Virus record (IMG/VR): IMGVR_UViG_3300042988_001454
Span: 1 to 24,661 of that record
DNA: 24,661 nucleotides
Strand: one strand, 5' to 3'
Source of the DNA: a virus
Lineage: Duplodnaviria > Caudoviricetes
Shown: positions 16,737 to 24,590 of the stretch, in pieces
Numbering within the stretch: position 1 is the stretch's first letter
Layout of the letters: every line of letters starts with the position of its first letter
Program-made: the position numbers and the translations under genes
The notes under the pieces: model-generated
Seen by the model: only the letters and a program-made list of their open reading frames with translations
What the model was told of the DNA's origin: nothing
Database searches by the model: none

Positions 16737-17201
16737 TTATGCGAGTGAGGCGAGTAATCGTTGCCAAAAATTAAGTTGAATAGCACAATCCATACGATTG
16801 ATCTCTTGCATAACATCGTTATAAGCAATGTCACGAATGGATTCTAATTCGGGTACGTCGCTCTGGTGGGCTTCTTCAATCGCTATTTCAAGTTGTTCGG
16901 CGGTTAGTGATGTGGTTTTAGTCATTAAAATTTGATACCGCTTTACGTCGCTTTCATTTTGCGCGGCTTTGTCGGCGGGTCTAATGGCAATCAATGCCGC
17001 GCCTGCCAGTGCTAACAGTGCGCCACCTGTTAATGCAACCCAATGCGGCAAGGTGTTGGAAAGGGTTGATAGTGTCGCACTGCCTCCAATGATGGCTAAA
17101 AAAGTGCCAGTGGTTTGGATGCGACGATAAAAACGGGCAGTGCGTTGGCAGAGCCTTATTGCATACCTGATCTCTGCTTTTAACTGTTCTTTGCTTTTCA
17201 T
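16737..17201 (-). CDS. Two-TM SLATT-like membrane protein (candidate defence / exclusion effector)
   Basis: Helix, then two TM segments (FLAIIGGSATL; VALTGGALLALAGAALIAI), then P..KA....Y..L helical tail; SD AGGAG; immunity-region location. Confidence 0.6.
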   Translation of the reverse strand: MKSKEQLKAEIRYAIRLCQRTARFYRRIQTTGTFLAIIGGSATLSTLSNTLPHWVALTGGALLALAGAALIAIRPADKAAQNESDVKRYQILMTKTTSLTAEQLEIAIEEAHQSDVPELESIRDIAYNDVMQEINRMDCAIQLNFWQRLLASLA

Positions 17202-17210
17202 TAAATACTC

Positions 17211-17282
17211 CTACGGTCTGGGTGGACTCGGAGGTAAGGGTGGAATAGGCTTGGGTGGAACGTGTGCTTTTACTTGAGTCAT
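17211..17282 (-). CDS. Proline-rich micropeptide (23 aa, MTQVKAHVPPKPIPPLPPSPPRP)
   Basis: Read by hand; 10 of 23 residues Pro; its TAG overlaps the AGGAG SD of the SLATT-like gene; no clear SD of its own. Confidence 0.5.
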   Translation of the reverse strand: MTQVKAHVPPKPIPPLPPSPPRP

Positions 17283-17325
17283 TATACTTTTTTAGTCAAG
17301 TTAAATATATCAATGATAGATTGCC

Positions 17326-17802
17326 TTAATTTTTAATTAATACCCATTTGCTGACTTTTCCAAATTTAGCTGAATTCAAGTAGCTTTTATCAGTCAGTGT
17401 TTTTGTAGAGTGGGCAGCTACTTTACCTTTTAAGAATACTTCGGTGATTAAAAATCCAGTGGAGTCTACAGCATTAAATCGTGTGAAAATTTCCATTGGA
17501 TAGTCAGTTTTATTTGTAAAATCAGCTTTGTAAATAAACCACTGGTCACCCATGGAATCAATTGGCTCTACTTTTACAGAGAGTGAACCAATTTCAAGAC
17601 CTTCAATGCCGCTGCTGTTGTTTTCGGCAGCTTTTTTCTCTTCATTTTTTGACCTTACCTCTTTGACTTCTGATTGCTCCTCTCCATTCAAGCAAGGCGT
17701 TGTTTTGTATGCCGCGATGCCATTGGCTCTGCATTTATAGAGTTTTTGTGCATGTAATGCGCTAGAGGAGCAGCATAGTGTTACGATTAATAAGTATTTC
17801 AT
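17326..17802 (-). CDS. Exported protein with DUF4124-like N-terminus and Ig-like C-terminal domain
   Basis: Signal peptide ending LHA, then LYKC...G...Y...PC motif; beta-rich C-terminus; SD AGGAG. Confidence 0.7.
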   Translation of the reverse strand: MKYLLIVTLCCSSSALHAQKLYKCRANGIAAYKTTPCLNGEEQSEVKEVRSKNEEKKAAENNSSGIEGLEIGSLSVKVEPIDSMGDQWFIYKADFTNKTDYPMEIFTRFNAVDSTGFLITEVFLKGKVAAHSTKTLTDKSYLNSAKFGKVSKWVLIKN

Positions 17803-17866
17803 GTTTTTTGACTCCTGATAATCTGATAAAAACTTAACCAGCCATAAAATAATAATTTTTTATAAG

Positions 17867-18319
17867 TCACACTGCCTTATCTTTTTGTTTGCCAGCCGAA
17901 TGTATAAACGCTTTAGCGGTTGCTGTAAGTACGGCTCGTTGTTCTGGGCATAATTCCTGCCAAGCTTTTGCAAATTCAATTGCTTCATCTGATAACCCTC
18001 CAAACAACTGAGCCGTATATAGCTGTATATCTTCTTTTGTTTCTAAGTTCTCGTTTCTGTTAGGTGCGTAGCTTTCATTCCCTGTTAAAAGCCATTCTGC
18101 GGTAACGCCTGTATATCTAAATCTTTCAACAATAGTCGCTATTTTTGCCATTGTTGGTATTGATTCTCCCTCTATCCATTTACGCGCACCTTTATCTGAC
18201 ACGTTAAATATTTTGGCAAGCGCACCTTGTCTCCCTTTGCCTTTCGGTGGAATTCCAGCCTTGTCTAAGATGGCATTTAATCTATTAGAAAATGCCTGTT
18301 TTTCTTTATCAGTAACCAT
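17867..18319 (-). CDS. CI-like XRE/HTH repressor without S24 peptidase domain
   Basis: FSNRL...L...G...GRQGALAKIFNVS..GARKWIEGESIP...AEWLLTG; divergent from a cro-like gene. Start at 18319, since the 18391 extension runs over the operators. Confidence 0.85.
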   Translation of the reverse strand: MVTDKEKQAFSNRLNAILDKAGIPPKGKGRQGALAKIFNVSDKGARKWIEGESIPTMAKIATIVERFRYTGVTAEWLLTGNESYAPNRNENLETKEDIQLYTAQLFGGLSDEAIEFAKAWQELCPEQRAVLTATAKAFIHSAGKQKDKAV

Positions 18320-18387
18320 TGGTTCACTATACAGCGTTGTTAAGTAACAATCAGTTCTTGACAAAAGGTTACAATCGGTTCTATTAT
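18312..18387 (+). promoter_or_regulatory. PR promoter with three operators and a divergent PRM-like -10
   Basis: TTGACA 18358-18363, 18 bp, TATTAT 18382-18387; operators GTAACCATTGGTTCA 18312-18326, GTAACAATCAGTTCT 18344-18358, GTTACAATCGGTTCT 18368-18382; minus-strand TATAGT at 18331-18326. Confidence 0.85.
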
Positions 18388-18413
18388 TCATAAAAAAAAA
18401 TACAGGAATTGAA

Positions 18414-18704
18414 ATGTCAAAAAATATTTATCAAAAAAGTCTTGAAGAAGCGCGGTTGATTCTTGGCAGTTATGACGCGATAGGAAAAGCGTCAGGTGGA
18501 TTGTCTGGGAAAGCCGTTATGAGGTGGTACAAAAACGGCAAGCCGCCGCGTACTGAATACACGGGAGAGACAAATTACGCGCAATTAATTGAATTAGCTT
18601 GTGAAGGAAAAGTAAAAGCAGATTCGTTATTGCCAAAAATAGAAAAAATTAATGTTTTGAGAGAAATAAAACCTACACAAGCAACCACTAACCCACCGTC
18701 CTAA
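18414..18704 (+). CDS. Cro-like HTH protein
   Basis: LG...AIGKA.GGLS.KAV.RW..NG.PPRTEYTGETNYA..I motif; SD AGGA; first gene after PR. Confidence 0.8.
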   Translation: MSKNIYQKSLEEARLILGSYDAIGKASGGLSGKAVMRWYKNGKPPRTEYTGETNYAQLIELACEGKVKADSLLPKIEKINVLREIKPTQATTNPPS

Positions 18705-18725
18705 CTGACGGCGGTTTTCTGGGTT

Positions 18726-18968
18726 ATGGACTTATCACTTTTTTACGCAATTGCAACATATACCGCCGCAATGCGTTTTGCGCTTGATGGAATGGCAGTG
18801 GCACGGTGGCGGGGAGTGGTTTCTCTGATAGGGCAATGGCTGCATCCAGTTCGATTAGTAGTTTGCTTTTTTGGGTTTTCATCACGGTTCCTGGTTTTGT
18901 TTAAAAAGTCAGGCTCAGTATTACAAACAATCTTGCATCGGTTAATTGATGCAATCACTAGCTATTAG
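18726..18968 (+). CDS. Possible hypothetical protein
   Basis: Open frame in operon orientation, weak SD; a similar-length ORF lies on the opposite strand. Confidence 0.35.
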   Translation: MDLSLFYAIATYTAAMRFALDGMAVARWRGVVSLIGQWLHPVRLVVCFFGFSSRFLVLFKKSGSVLQTILHRLIDAITSY

Positions 18969-18993
18969 CCCTAATAACTATTAGGGCTAATAG
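18962..18993. repeat. Perfect 15-bp inverted repeat (2-nt loop)
   Basis: CTATTAGCCCTAATA-AC-TATTAGGGCTAATAG. Confidence 0.9.
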
Positions 18994-19015
18994 GGGAAGT
19001 TTAGAGGGTAAGGCA

Positions 19016-19288
19016 ATGAAATTCATCATGACAGAAGATTCGGGCGGTATTACCGCTTCTTTATCTTTAGAAGTTTCTGCTGGTGCGTTAGTAGAGCTTC
19101 GTGAAGACGAGCTAGTCGCGCGCGTAGATTCGCATGAATTCGAAGAGTTTGCGGGGGAAGCGATGGCTCAGGTGTCTCCCGCATTAATTCAGTTACTTCG
19201 GCAAGCAAGGCTAATGCTTTCGACAAGTTTGAGTAATAAGTATGCCGATCTGATTGAGTCGCAGATTGATAGGGATCTGTCTGTTTAG
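19016..19288 (+). CDS. Acidic hypothetical protein (90 aa)
   Basis: SD GAGGGTAAGG before ATG; operon orientation; overlapped by an antisense ORF. Confidence 0.55.
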   Translation: MKFIMTEDSGGITASLSLEVSAGALVELREDELVARVDSHEFEEFAGEAMAQVSPALIQLLRQARLMLSTSLSNKYADLIESQIDRDLSV

Positions 19289-19304
19289 TTTCGGTTTCGT
19301 TCAT
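19050..19304 (-). CDS. Antisense helical hypothetical protein (84 aa)
   Basis: Own SD (AGGA-8 nt-ATG), AC-rich leader and extended -10 TGtTAAACT at 19354-19346. Confidence 0.45.
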   Translation of the reverse strand: MNETETKQTDPYQSATQSDRHTYYSNLSKALALLAEVTELMRETPEPSLPPQTLRIHANLRARLARLHEALLTHQQKLLKIKKR

Positions 19305-19388
19305 GGGGATTGTCCTGTGTTTGGGTTGTGTTGTGAGAATTCACAGTTTAACACGGGTTAATTCCCGCCAGTTTATAGGGGTAAGGCA

Positions 19389-19676
19389 ATGTTGTTAGAG
19401 ACGATGGATATAAAAATTACCGCGAAAGGTGCTGAAAAACTGACGATGCGTGAACAGCAGGTTTTGTTGTTGATTGCGTCGGGTGTCGAGAATAAGCAAA
19501 TCGTCCGAATCCTGGGCATATCAATGGGAACGGTATTGGCGTATGTGCAACAGGTGTATGAAAAGTTGGACGTATCCAATCGTGATATTAACCCACGCCC
19601 TGCGGCGGTCACTGTGTCGATCTGCAAAGGGTTGTTATTGATTGGCGATAAGTGTGGCTGCCATGCGGCCGTCTGA
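19389..19676 (+). CDS. LuxR/GerE-type HTH transcriptional regulator (stand-alone)
   Basis: LTMREQQVLLLIASGVENKQIVRILGISMGTV..YVQQVYEKLDVSNR motif. Confidence 0.85.
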   Translation: MLLETMDIKITAKGAEKLTMREQQVLLLIASGVENKQIVRILGISMGTVLAYVQQVYEKLDVSNRDINPRPAAVTVSICKGLLLIGDKCGCHAAV

Positions 19677-19679
19677 TTA

Positions 19680-20018
19680 TTGGGTGGCATTGCGCTTGTT
19701 GGTCAAGCTGTCTGTTATCGCGGCGGGTTTAACCGTTTGGTTTTATCTGTATCAGGTCGGCAACTGGTTTGTCGGTTGGTGGGGTCGGGTTCGGAGGGTG
19801 ATGTGATAGAGCAACAAAAAGTCAACGTGAAAATCAGTGAGTGTTGTCCAGTTTGTCGATCAGCTTTTGACATGCAGATTGATGTGGTTATGGATGGCGA
19901 TGATACGCATGTGCCATTGATTTGTAGCGAGTGTGGTGAGCAATTTATGTTGGGCGTGTATCTGGAATTTACATGTTTTACGTTTAAAAAGGTAGAACCC
20001 GTTGAGAATTCGTTATGA
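19680..20018 (+). CDS. Zinc-ribbon hypothetical protein (start uncertain)
   Basis: CPVC...CSEC pair; true start may be near 19803 after GGAGGG. Confidence 0.55.
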   Translation: MGGIALVGQAVCYRGGFNRLVLSVSGRQLVCRLVGSGSEGDVIEQQKVNVKISECCPVCRSAFDMQIDVVMDGDDTHVPLICSECGEQFMLGVYLEFTCFTFKKVEPVENSL

Positions 20019-20176
20019 ATCAAGCTGACAAAAGAGCGCGGCGGTTGTCGCTTCGGGTGTATCGGAAACCTAAAAAGTCGGCGGGTTGCGCTATTGCACC
20101 GCGTCGGACGGATATTGAAATCATTGAAGCCGAACGCGGCTTTTATATCAAAAAAGGTGGTCGTTATGGACGCTAA
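20015..20176 (+). CDS. Small basic hypothetical protein (53 aa, MNQADKRARRLSLRVYRKPKK...)
   Basis: Read by hand; ATGA-coupled upstream and overlaps the next start. Confidence 0.5.
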   Translation: MNQADKRARRLSLRVYRKPKKSAGCAIAPRRTDIEIIEAERGFYIKKGGRYGR

Positions 20177-20423
20177 TCAAGAGCTGTTATCGCTCGATAT
20201 TGCTATCAAAGTGAATGATTGCCGTGAAACGGCTAAGAACGTTTTACTGGGCAACTACGAGAAAAGCATTAAGCCATATCGCCACGCAATCAAATCATTT
20301 AGTGAACAGGGTCGTTGTAGTGTCACGGATGCCACGCTACAGATTGCAACTCAGCTTAATAAAACAGGGCATACAACGTTGTTGGTATTTGCGGCGTTAG
20401 CCGATGTGGTGGATGGGTTATGA
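20166..20423 (+). CDS. Hypothetical protein
   Basis: ATG 20166 with SD AGGTGG, in frame with the 20094 ORF. Confidence 0.65.
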   Translation: MDANQELLSLDIAIKVNDCRETAKNVLLGNYEKSIKPYRHAIKSFSEQGRCSVTDATLQIATQLNKTGHTTLLVFAALADVVDGL

Positions 20424-20605
20424 GTAAGAAAAATAGATTGAAAAGGGAAGAAAACAAAAAGAGTAAGCAAGTGGTTAAGAAATTAGAAGACTTTAACGAA
20501 GAGCTTAATCGTGATTTACAAAATGAATTGCTTGAGGGTATCGGTCTCAAGATTCAGTCTGTTTGGATGCTTGAGGAAGATATGACAATTGTGGAGTTCA
20601 AATGA
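20420..20605 (+). CDS. Small hypothetical protein
   Basis: ATGA-coupled at both ends. Confidence 0.6.
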   Translation: MSKKNRLKREENKKSKQVVKKLEDFNEELNRDLQNELLEGIGLKIQSVWMLEEDMTIVEFK

Positions 20606-23600
20606 GTGCGCAAAACATTAGTTTTTATGATTGGCTTATTGATAACGGTTTTGATGAGCCGCGCCGTGTTTATGAGTATTTATTTAATCAGGTAAAAGAC
20701 GCTGCGGCGGTTGCTGGGATTGATTTAGGTTTTCATGATCTTGATGTATCCAGGTCATCAAAAGTTAAAAAGCTAACGCCTATTGTGCAAAAAGATAAAG
20801 GCAAGGTTGTTGCTTTTGTCAGTTTGCTAAAAAAAGAATTCAAAACAGGCGGTACTACAAAAGAACTGGTTTTGCCGCACTTCAATTTTTACACGAATAA
20901 AGGTGACTTTAGTAACCCTTATTCACCGTTTTCTGCCTTGCGAGATATTTGGAAACGTCAAAATCCCGTTAGTTTCAGCGACAAGCCAAAATCAAACCCT
21001 GCCGATACGAAACCCAAAGCCACACCCAAAGCCGATTATTTTAAAGAAATTGCCTGGAAGGAAAAGCAGGTTGATCTATGGGATGCTGAATATAACGCCG
21101 CGTCTGATTTGGTGGCTGAATCTTTGTATTTGCAGCGCAAGTTTCGCAAGTTTAAGGCTGCACAGCCGTTTTTTCAGCATGGCGGGGCGTTTGGTGGTGA
21201 TGCTGATTATTCGGTTGACTGTGTTGAGTTGGCTGCTAATGCGGCTAAAGAATCGGGCGTGCGCTTTGGTTCGGATAAGCACGGTAATTTTTTGATTATC
21301 AAGGCACAGAATATTCGTAATCAGTTGATGGGTTTTCAAAAAATCTATGATTTTCAGGTGAATTTTAGCCGTGATGATGAGCCCGATTATAGGGATAAGG
21401 ATCAACGATTTTTTCATGGGCAAAAGAACGGCTCTTTTGTGCGTTTGGGTAAGGGTGCTAAGTTTGATGATTATGTTTTTGTTGTTGAAGGTTTTGCCAC
21501 AGGCTTAAGTGTGCATATTGCCACTGGCAATAATGTGTTGATTGCTGGTGATGCGGGTAATTTGGTGCATGTTTTAAAAGCCGCTAAAGATTATGGTTAC
21601 AAACGCCTGGTTATTTCTGCTGATAATGATATTGGCGATAAGGGTAATACAGGCGTTTTTTCTGCGTTGAAAGCGGCTAAAGCACACGGGGCGCGGATTT
21701 TTGTGCCACAAAATGACGGTCATAAATGCGATTTTAACGATGTATTGCTGGATAAGGGCTTGTCTGTTGTTAAAAAACAGCTTGCTACTCGACTTAATAA
21801 AAATGAATTTGTTATTGATAAAAATGTTTTTGAGGGATCAATACAGCTTTTGAGTGTTTGCCGTGTTGAAACACTGAAAAAACATATCTGGTTTTCCTGT
21901 GCCAATGCCGTCTCTAATTATTTCAACATGGATATGGATACTGCTGAGCGTCGTATTATTGATGCGTTGGTTGCGCGTGGCGTGGATGTTGAAACCGCGC
22001 GTGCAGATGTTAAAGACAAGATTAAAAAAGCAGAATACAGCGCGGTCAAGCGTTGCAAGTTTCGGAATACGGGCGATACCGTCGGTTTTCAGAAGGTTGT
22101 TGAATGCACGGGGCGTACTAATGAATCGATTGCTGCTGAAATTTTAGAGAATCCTGGGATATGGTTAGATAACCGTCCAATGGGAACGGGTAAGACTGAA
22201 TTGATTGGAGCGATAACGGGTCTTGGCGTGATGAAAGGATTAACATCAACTTATATCTGCCATCGGCAATCGCTGGTAGCGAATTCTAGCGAACGGATAC
22301 GCGCTATCAGTTACAAAACCGTTAATTCGGCTAAAGAATTAGCGCATGAGCAATCAATGGCGTTGTGTATCAATTCCATTATTAACCCGCGTTTTTCTGC
22401 GTATGTTACGCAACATTCCAGCATTATTTCTTGTGATGAAATTCGCCAAACATTGGAGCATTTGGCAATTGGTTCGATAGCCGCGAGTGAGCGCAAGTTA
22501 GTTTATGACGCATTTGTTCAGGCTATCCGCAACTGTGAGTATTTTATAGGCAGTGATGCGGATTTAAACCAGGTGACCATTGACTGGTTAAAAAATACTT
22601 TCCCTGAAAAGAAATTTTATGGCTTACGTTGTGACCCAAAGCCGCCTAAAGCCATGATTGAATATAGCCATTATGAACCTGCTTTTAATGCTGCGGTTGA
22701 AAGCGCGTTATCTGGCACATCTACGCTGATACAGTGCGACAGTATCAAAGCCTCCAAAGCCGTTTTTGAAGCGGTCAACCGTCCACACCTTAAGGTGTTG
22801 GTGGTGCATTCTGAAAACAAAGCCGATCTTGCGCAAGCGCAATTCTTAATAAATCCCAATGAAGAAATCAAAAAATATGACTGTGTGATTCATTCGCCTG
22901 TTATTGGGTCGGGTGTGTCTATTACTTGCGATCACATTAAAGCTCATTACGCCTTGTTTCGTGGCGTGCTGACTGAAAATGAAGTGTTGCAAATGATAGG
23001 ACGTAACCGTAACAGCTCGATTATTAGAGTGGGATTTAATGATAAACACATTAAAAATAGGGTTAATTCACCTAAGATTTTGTATGAAGGGGAGCTGGTA
23101 GCCAGGCAACGGCTGGTAGATGGCGAACATGACGTGGATTCGCTGGGTAAGTTAATGCTCAAGATAAGAGCGCGTAGTAATGACTCGCTTAATGATGTGG
23201 CTGTGCAATCGCTGTTATTGATGCGTTTGAAAGGCTATCAGGTTAGACGGTTTGAAGGTGATGCCAGCAAAGAACAGTTAGTTGCTGCGAGAAAGTGCGC
23301 CCGAAAGGTGCATTGTGAGGGCGTGCTGGGCAGTGATGACATAACGGCGTTAGACGCTTACAAGCTCGAAAAAGCTGAATCTGTTACGCAGGAAGAAAGT
23401 TATCGCTTGGAAAAGTACAACGCCGTTTATGAGCTTGCTTTGCCCAGCAAACCTGATGGTAAACCCGATATAACCGCTGATGACGTGGTGTTTTATGACA
23501 GTGGTCGGGTGGTTAGGACTATCCATAACCGCGAAATTGCGAACGCTACACCTTATCAGAGAGAGGTGGTCGATAAGAATACAGGCGGGTTTAAGTCGGT

Positions 23601-23955
23601 GGCTAAGGGGTATCACATAGATATTTTGCTAATGATTATGACTGACAAGGTTATGGATCAATACCATGCGGCGGTCATCATGGGGCATTTGAATAAGCAT
23701 CATGCCGAACTGGCGGCGTTGGGGCTTGGGAATTATTCCACGCCGTCAAAGTATCCGATACGAACGGTTAATCAATTTCTTGAGCAGTTTGGGTACAAGT
23801 TGGTCGGTAAGAAAATTTCTTTTGGCGAACGAAAAGGGGACAGGGTTTATCGCTTGGTAAGTGATGAACGGATTGAGGGTATTTGTGAGCGTAGGACGGT
23901 GCAAAATAATTATCTGTCGGTGGCAGATGGGGCTATAGATAACAATACAAATTAA
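20602..23955 (+). CDS. Replication protein: TOPRIM primase fused to an SF2 origin-binding-type helicase (CyRepA1-like)
   Basis: TOPRIM motifs VVEGFATG, AGDAGNL, ISADND, CDFND; helicase motifs PMGTGKT, CHRQSL, SCDEI, SDADL, HSPVIGSGVSI, QMIGRNR. Confidence 0.85.
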   Translation: MSAQNISFYDWLIDNGFDEPRRVYEYLFNQVKDAAAVAGIDLGFHDLDVSRSSKVKKLTPIVQKDKGKVVAFVSLLKKEFKTGGTTKELVLPHFNFYTNKGDFSNPYSPFSALRDIWKRQNPVSFSDKPKSNPADTKPKATPKADYFKEIAWKEKQVDLWDAEYNAASDLVAESLYLQRKFRKFKAAQPFFQHGGAFGGDADYSVDCVELAANAAKESGVRFGSDKHGNFLIIKAQNIRNQLMGFQKIYDFQVNFSRDDEPDYRDKDQRFFHGQKNGSFVRLGKGAKFDDYVFVVEGFATGLSVHIATGNNVLIAGDAGNLVHVLKAAKDYGYKRLVISADNDIGDKGNTGVFSALKAAKAHGARIFVPQNDGHKCDFNDVLLDKGLSVVKKQLATRLNKNEFVIDKNVFEGSIQLLSVCRVETLKKHIWFSCANAVSNYFNMDMDTAERRIIDALVARGVDVETARADVKDKIKKAEYSAVKRCKFRNTGDTVGFQKVVECTGRTNESIAAEILENPGIWLDNRPMGTGKTELIGAITGLGVMKGLTSTYICHRQSLVANSSERIRAISYKTVNSAKELAHEQSMALCINSIINPRFSAYVTQHSSIISCDEIRQTLEHLAIGSIAASERKLVYDAFVQAIRNCEYFIGSDADLNQVTIDWLKNTFPEKKFYGLRCDPKPPKAMIEYSHYEPAFNAAVESALSGTSTLIQCDSIKASKAVFEAVNRPHLKVLVVHSENKADLAQAQFLINPNEEIKKYDCVIHSPVIGSGVSITCDHIKAHYALFRGVLTENEVLQMIGRNRNSSIIRVGFNDKHIKNRVNSPKILYEGELVARQRLVDGEHDVDSLGKLMLKIRARSNDSLNDVAVQSLLLMRLKGYQVRRFEGDASKEQLVAARKCARKVHCEGVLGSDDITALDAYKLEKAESVTQEESYRLEKYNAVYELALPSKPDGKPDITADDVVFYDSGRVVRTIHNREIANATPYQREVVDKNTGGFKSVAKGYHIDILLMIMTDKVMDQYHAAVIMGHLNKHHAELAALGLGNYSTPSKYPIRTVNQFLEQFGYKLVGKKISFGERKGDRVYRLVSDERIEGICERRTVQNNYLSVADGAIDNNTN

Positions 23956-23965
23956 GGTGACGGTG

Positions 23966-24505
23966 ATGAGTAGTGTTGAGTTGATTGGTAAATTGATGGC
24001 AGGGGTTGCCAGTGTGGGTACAGTGAGAGGCACGGCGGGTGCTGTGTTAAGTAAGTCTGAATTGGCGGGGTTGTTGGCTGGATTATCGCAAGCTGAGACC
24101 GATCTGGCTATTGCTAAGTATGGCTGTGATGATGGGGCAAAGCGTAGGCTGTTGGTGCATGTGCAAGCCTACGTTACCGCGTTGGCTGTTAAAGAGGCGT
24201 GGAATCCGCGCAATAGGGAATTGCTGGGCATGTTGGCGTTGCTGTCTGTCAGTGAGGTTGTCAGTGATAATCTGTGTCCTCATTGTCATGGTACGGGCAT
24301 GGTTAGAGTTAAGGTGTGCAACGTGTGTAATGGCACACGTCATAAGCCGTTAAGCGGTCGCAAGATTGCTGAATCAATCGGTGTGTCTAATACGCAATGG
24401 CTTAGGGATTGGAAGCCAAGATATAACCGTATTTATGATTATGTGCATGGTTTGGATGTAAATGTTAAATGGCGTTTGATTAGTGCTGATAAAGTAAAAA
24501 CTTGA
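23966..24505 (+). CDS. Q-like late antiterminator
   Basis: CPHCHGTG...CNVCNGT zinc finger, then S.RKIAESIGVS...W...W...Y helix motif; followed by promoter and terminator. ATG 23966 preferred. Confidence 0.8.
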   Translation: MSSVELIGKLMAGVASVGTVRGTAGAVLSKSELAGLLAGLSQAETDLAIAKYGCDDGAKRRLLVHVQAYVTALAVKEAWNPRNRELLGMLALLSVSEVVSDNLCPHCHGTGMVRVKVCNVCNGTRHKPLSGRKIAESIGVSNTQWLRDWKPRYNRIYDYVHGLDVNVKWRLISADKVKT

Positions 24506-24530
24506 CAACGTACCAATAATCGTTTATTTT
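24502..24530 (+). promoter_or_regulatory. Late promoter (PR'-like)
   Basis: TTGACA-17 bp-TATTTT overlapping the Q stop codon. Confidence 0.7.
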
Positions 24531-24555
24531 TTCCCACAATAGAGGTATCGCATAT

Positions 24556-24590
24556 AAGCCTGTTTTGTGAACGCAAAACGGGCTTTTTTT
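24556..24590 (+). terminator. tR'-like intrinsic terminator
   Basis: AAGCCTGTTTTGT-GAAC-GCAAAACGGGCTT followed by a T tract. Confidence 0.85.

Noticed and set aside
16626-18382. Operators as LexA / SOS boxes
   Set aside because: The motif is AAC-N5-GTT-like and matches neither CTGT-N8-ACAG nor GAAC-N4-GTTC; its position fits phage repressor operators.
18320-18391. N-terminal repressor extension with repeated RTDC peptides
   Set aside because: The peptide repeat is simply the translation of the repeated operators.
18693-18720. tR1-like terminator after cro
   Set aside because: The stem has a mismatch on the plus strand and only a short T tract; possible but not well enough supported.
1281-23616. 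Many alternative-frame and antisense ORFs in the track (e.g. 1281-1631, 9243-9560, 12538-12990, 19373-19690, 20903-21295, 21076-21423)
   Set aside because: They lie within well-supported genes, lack SD or promoter signals and look like shadow frames.
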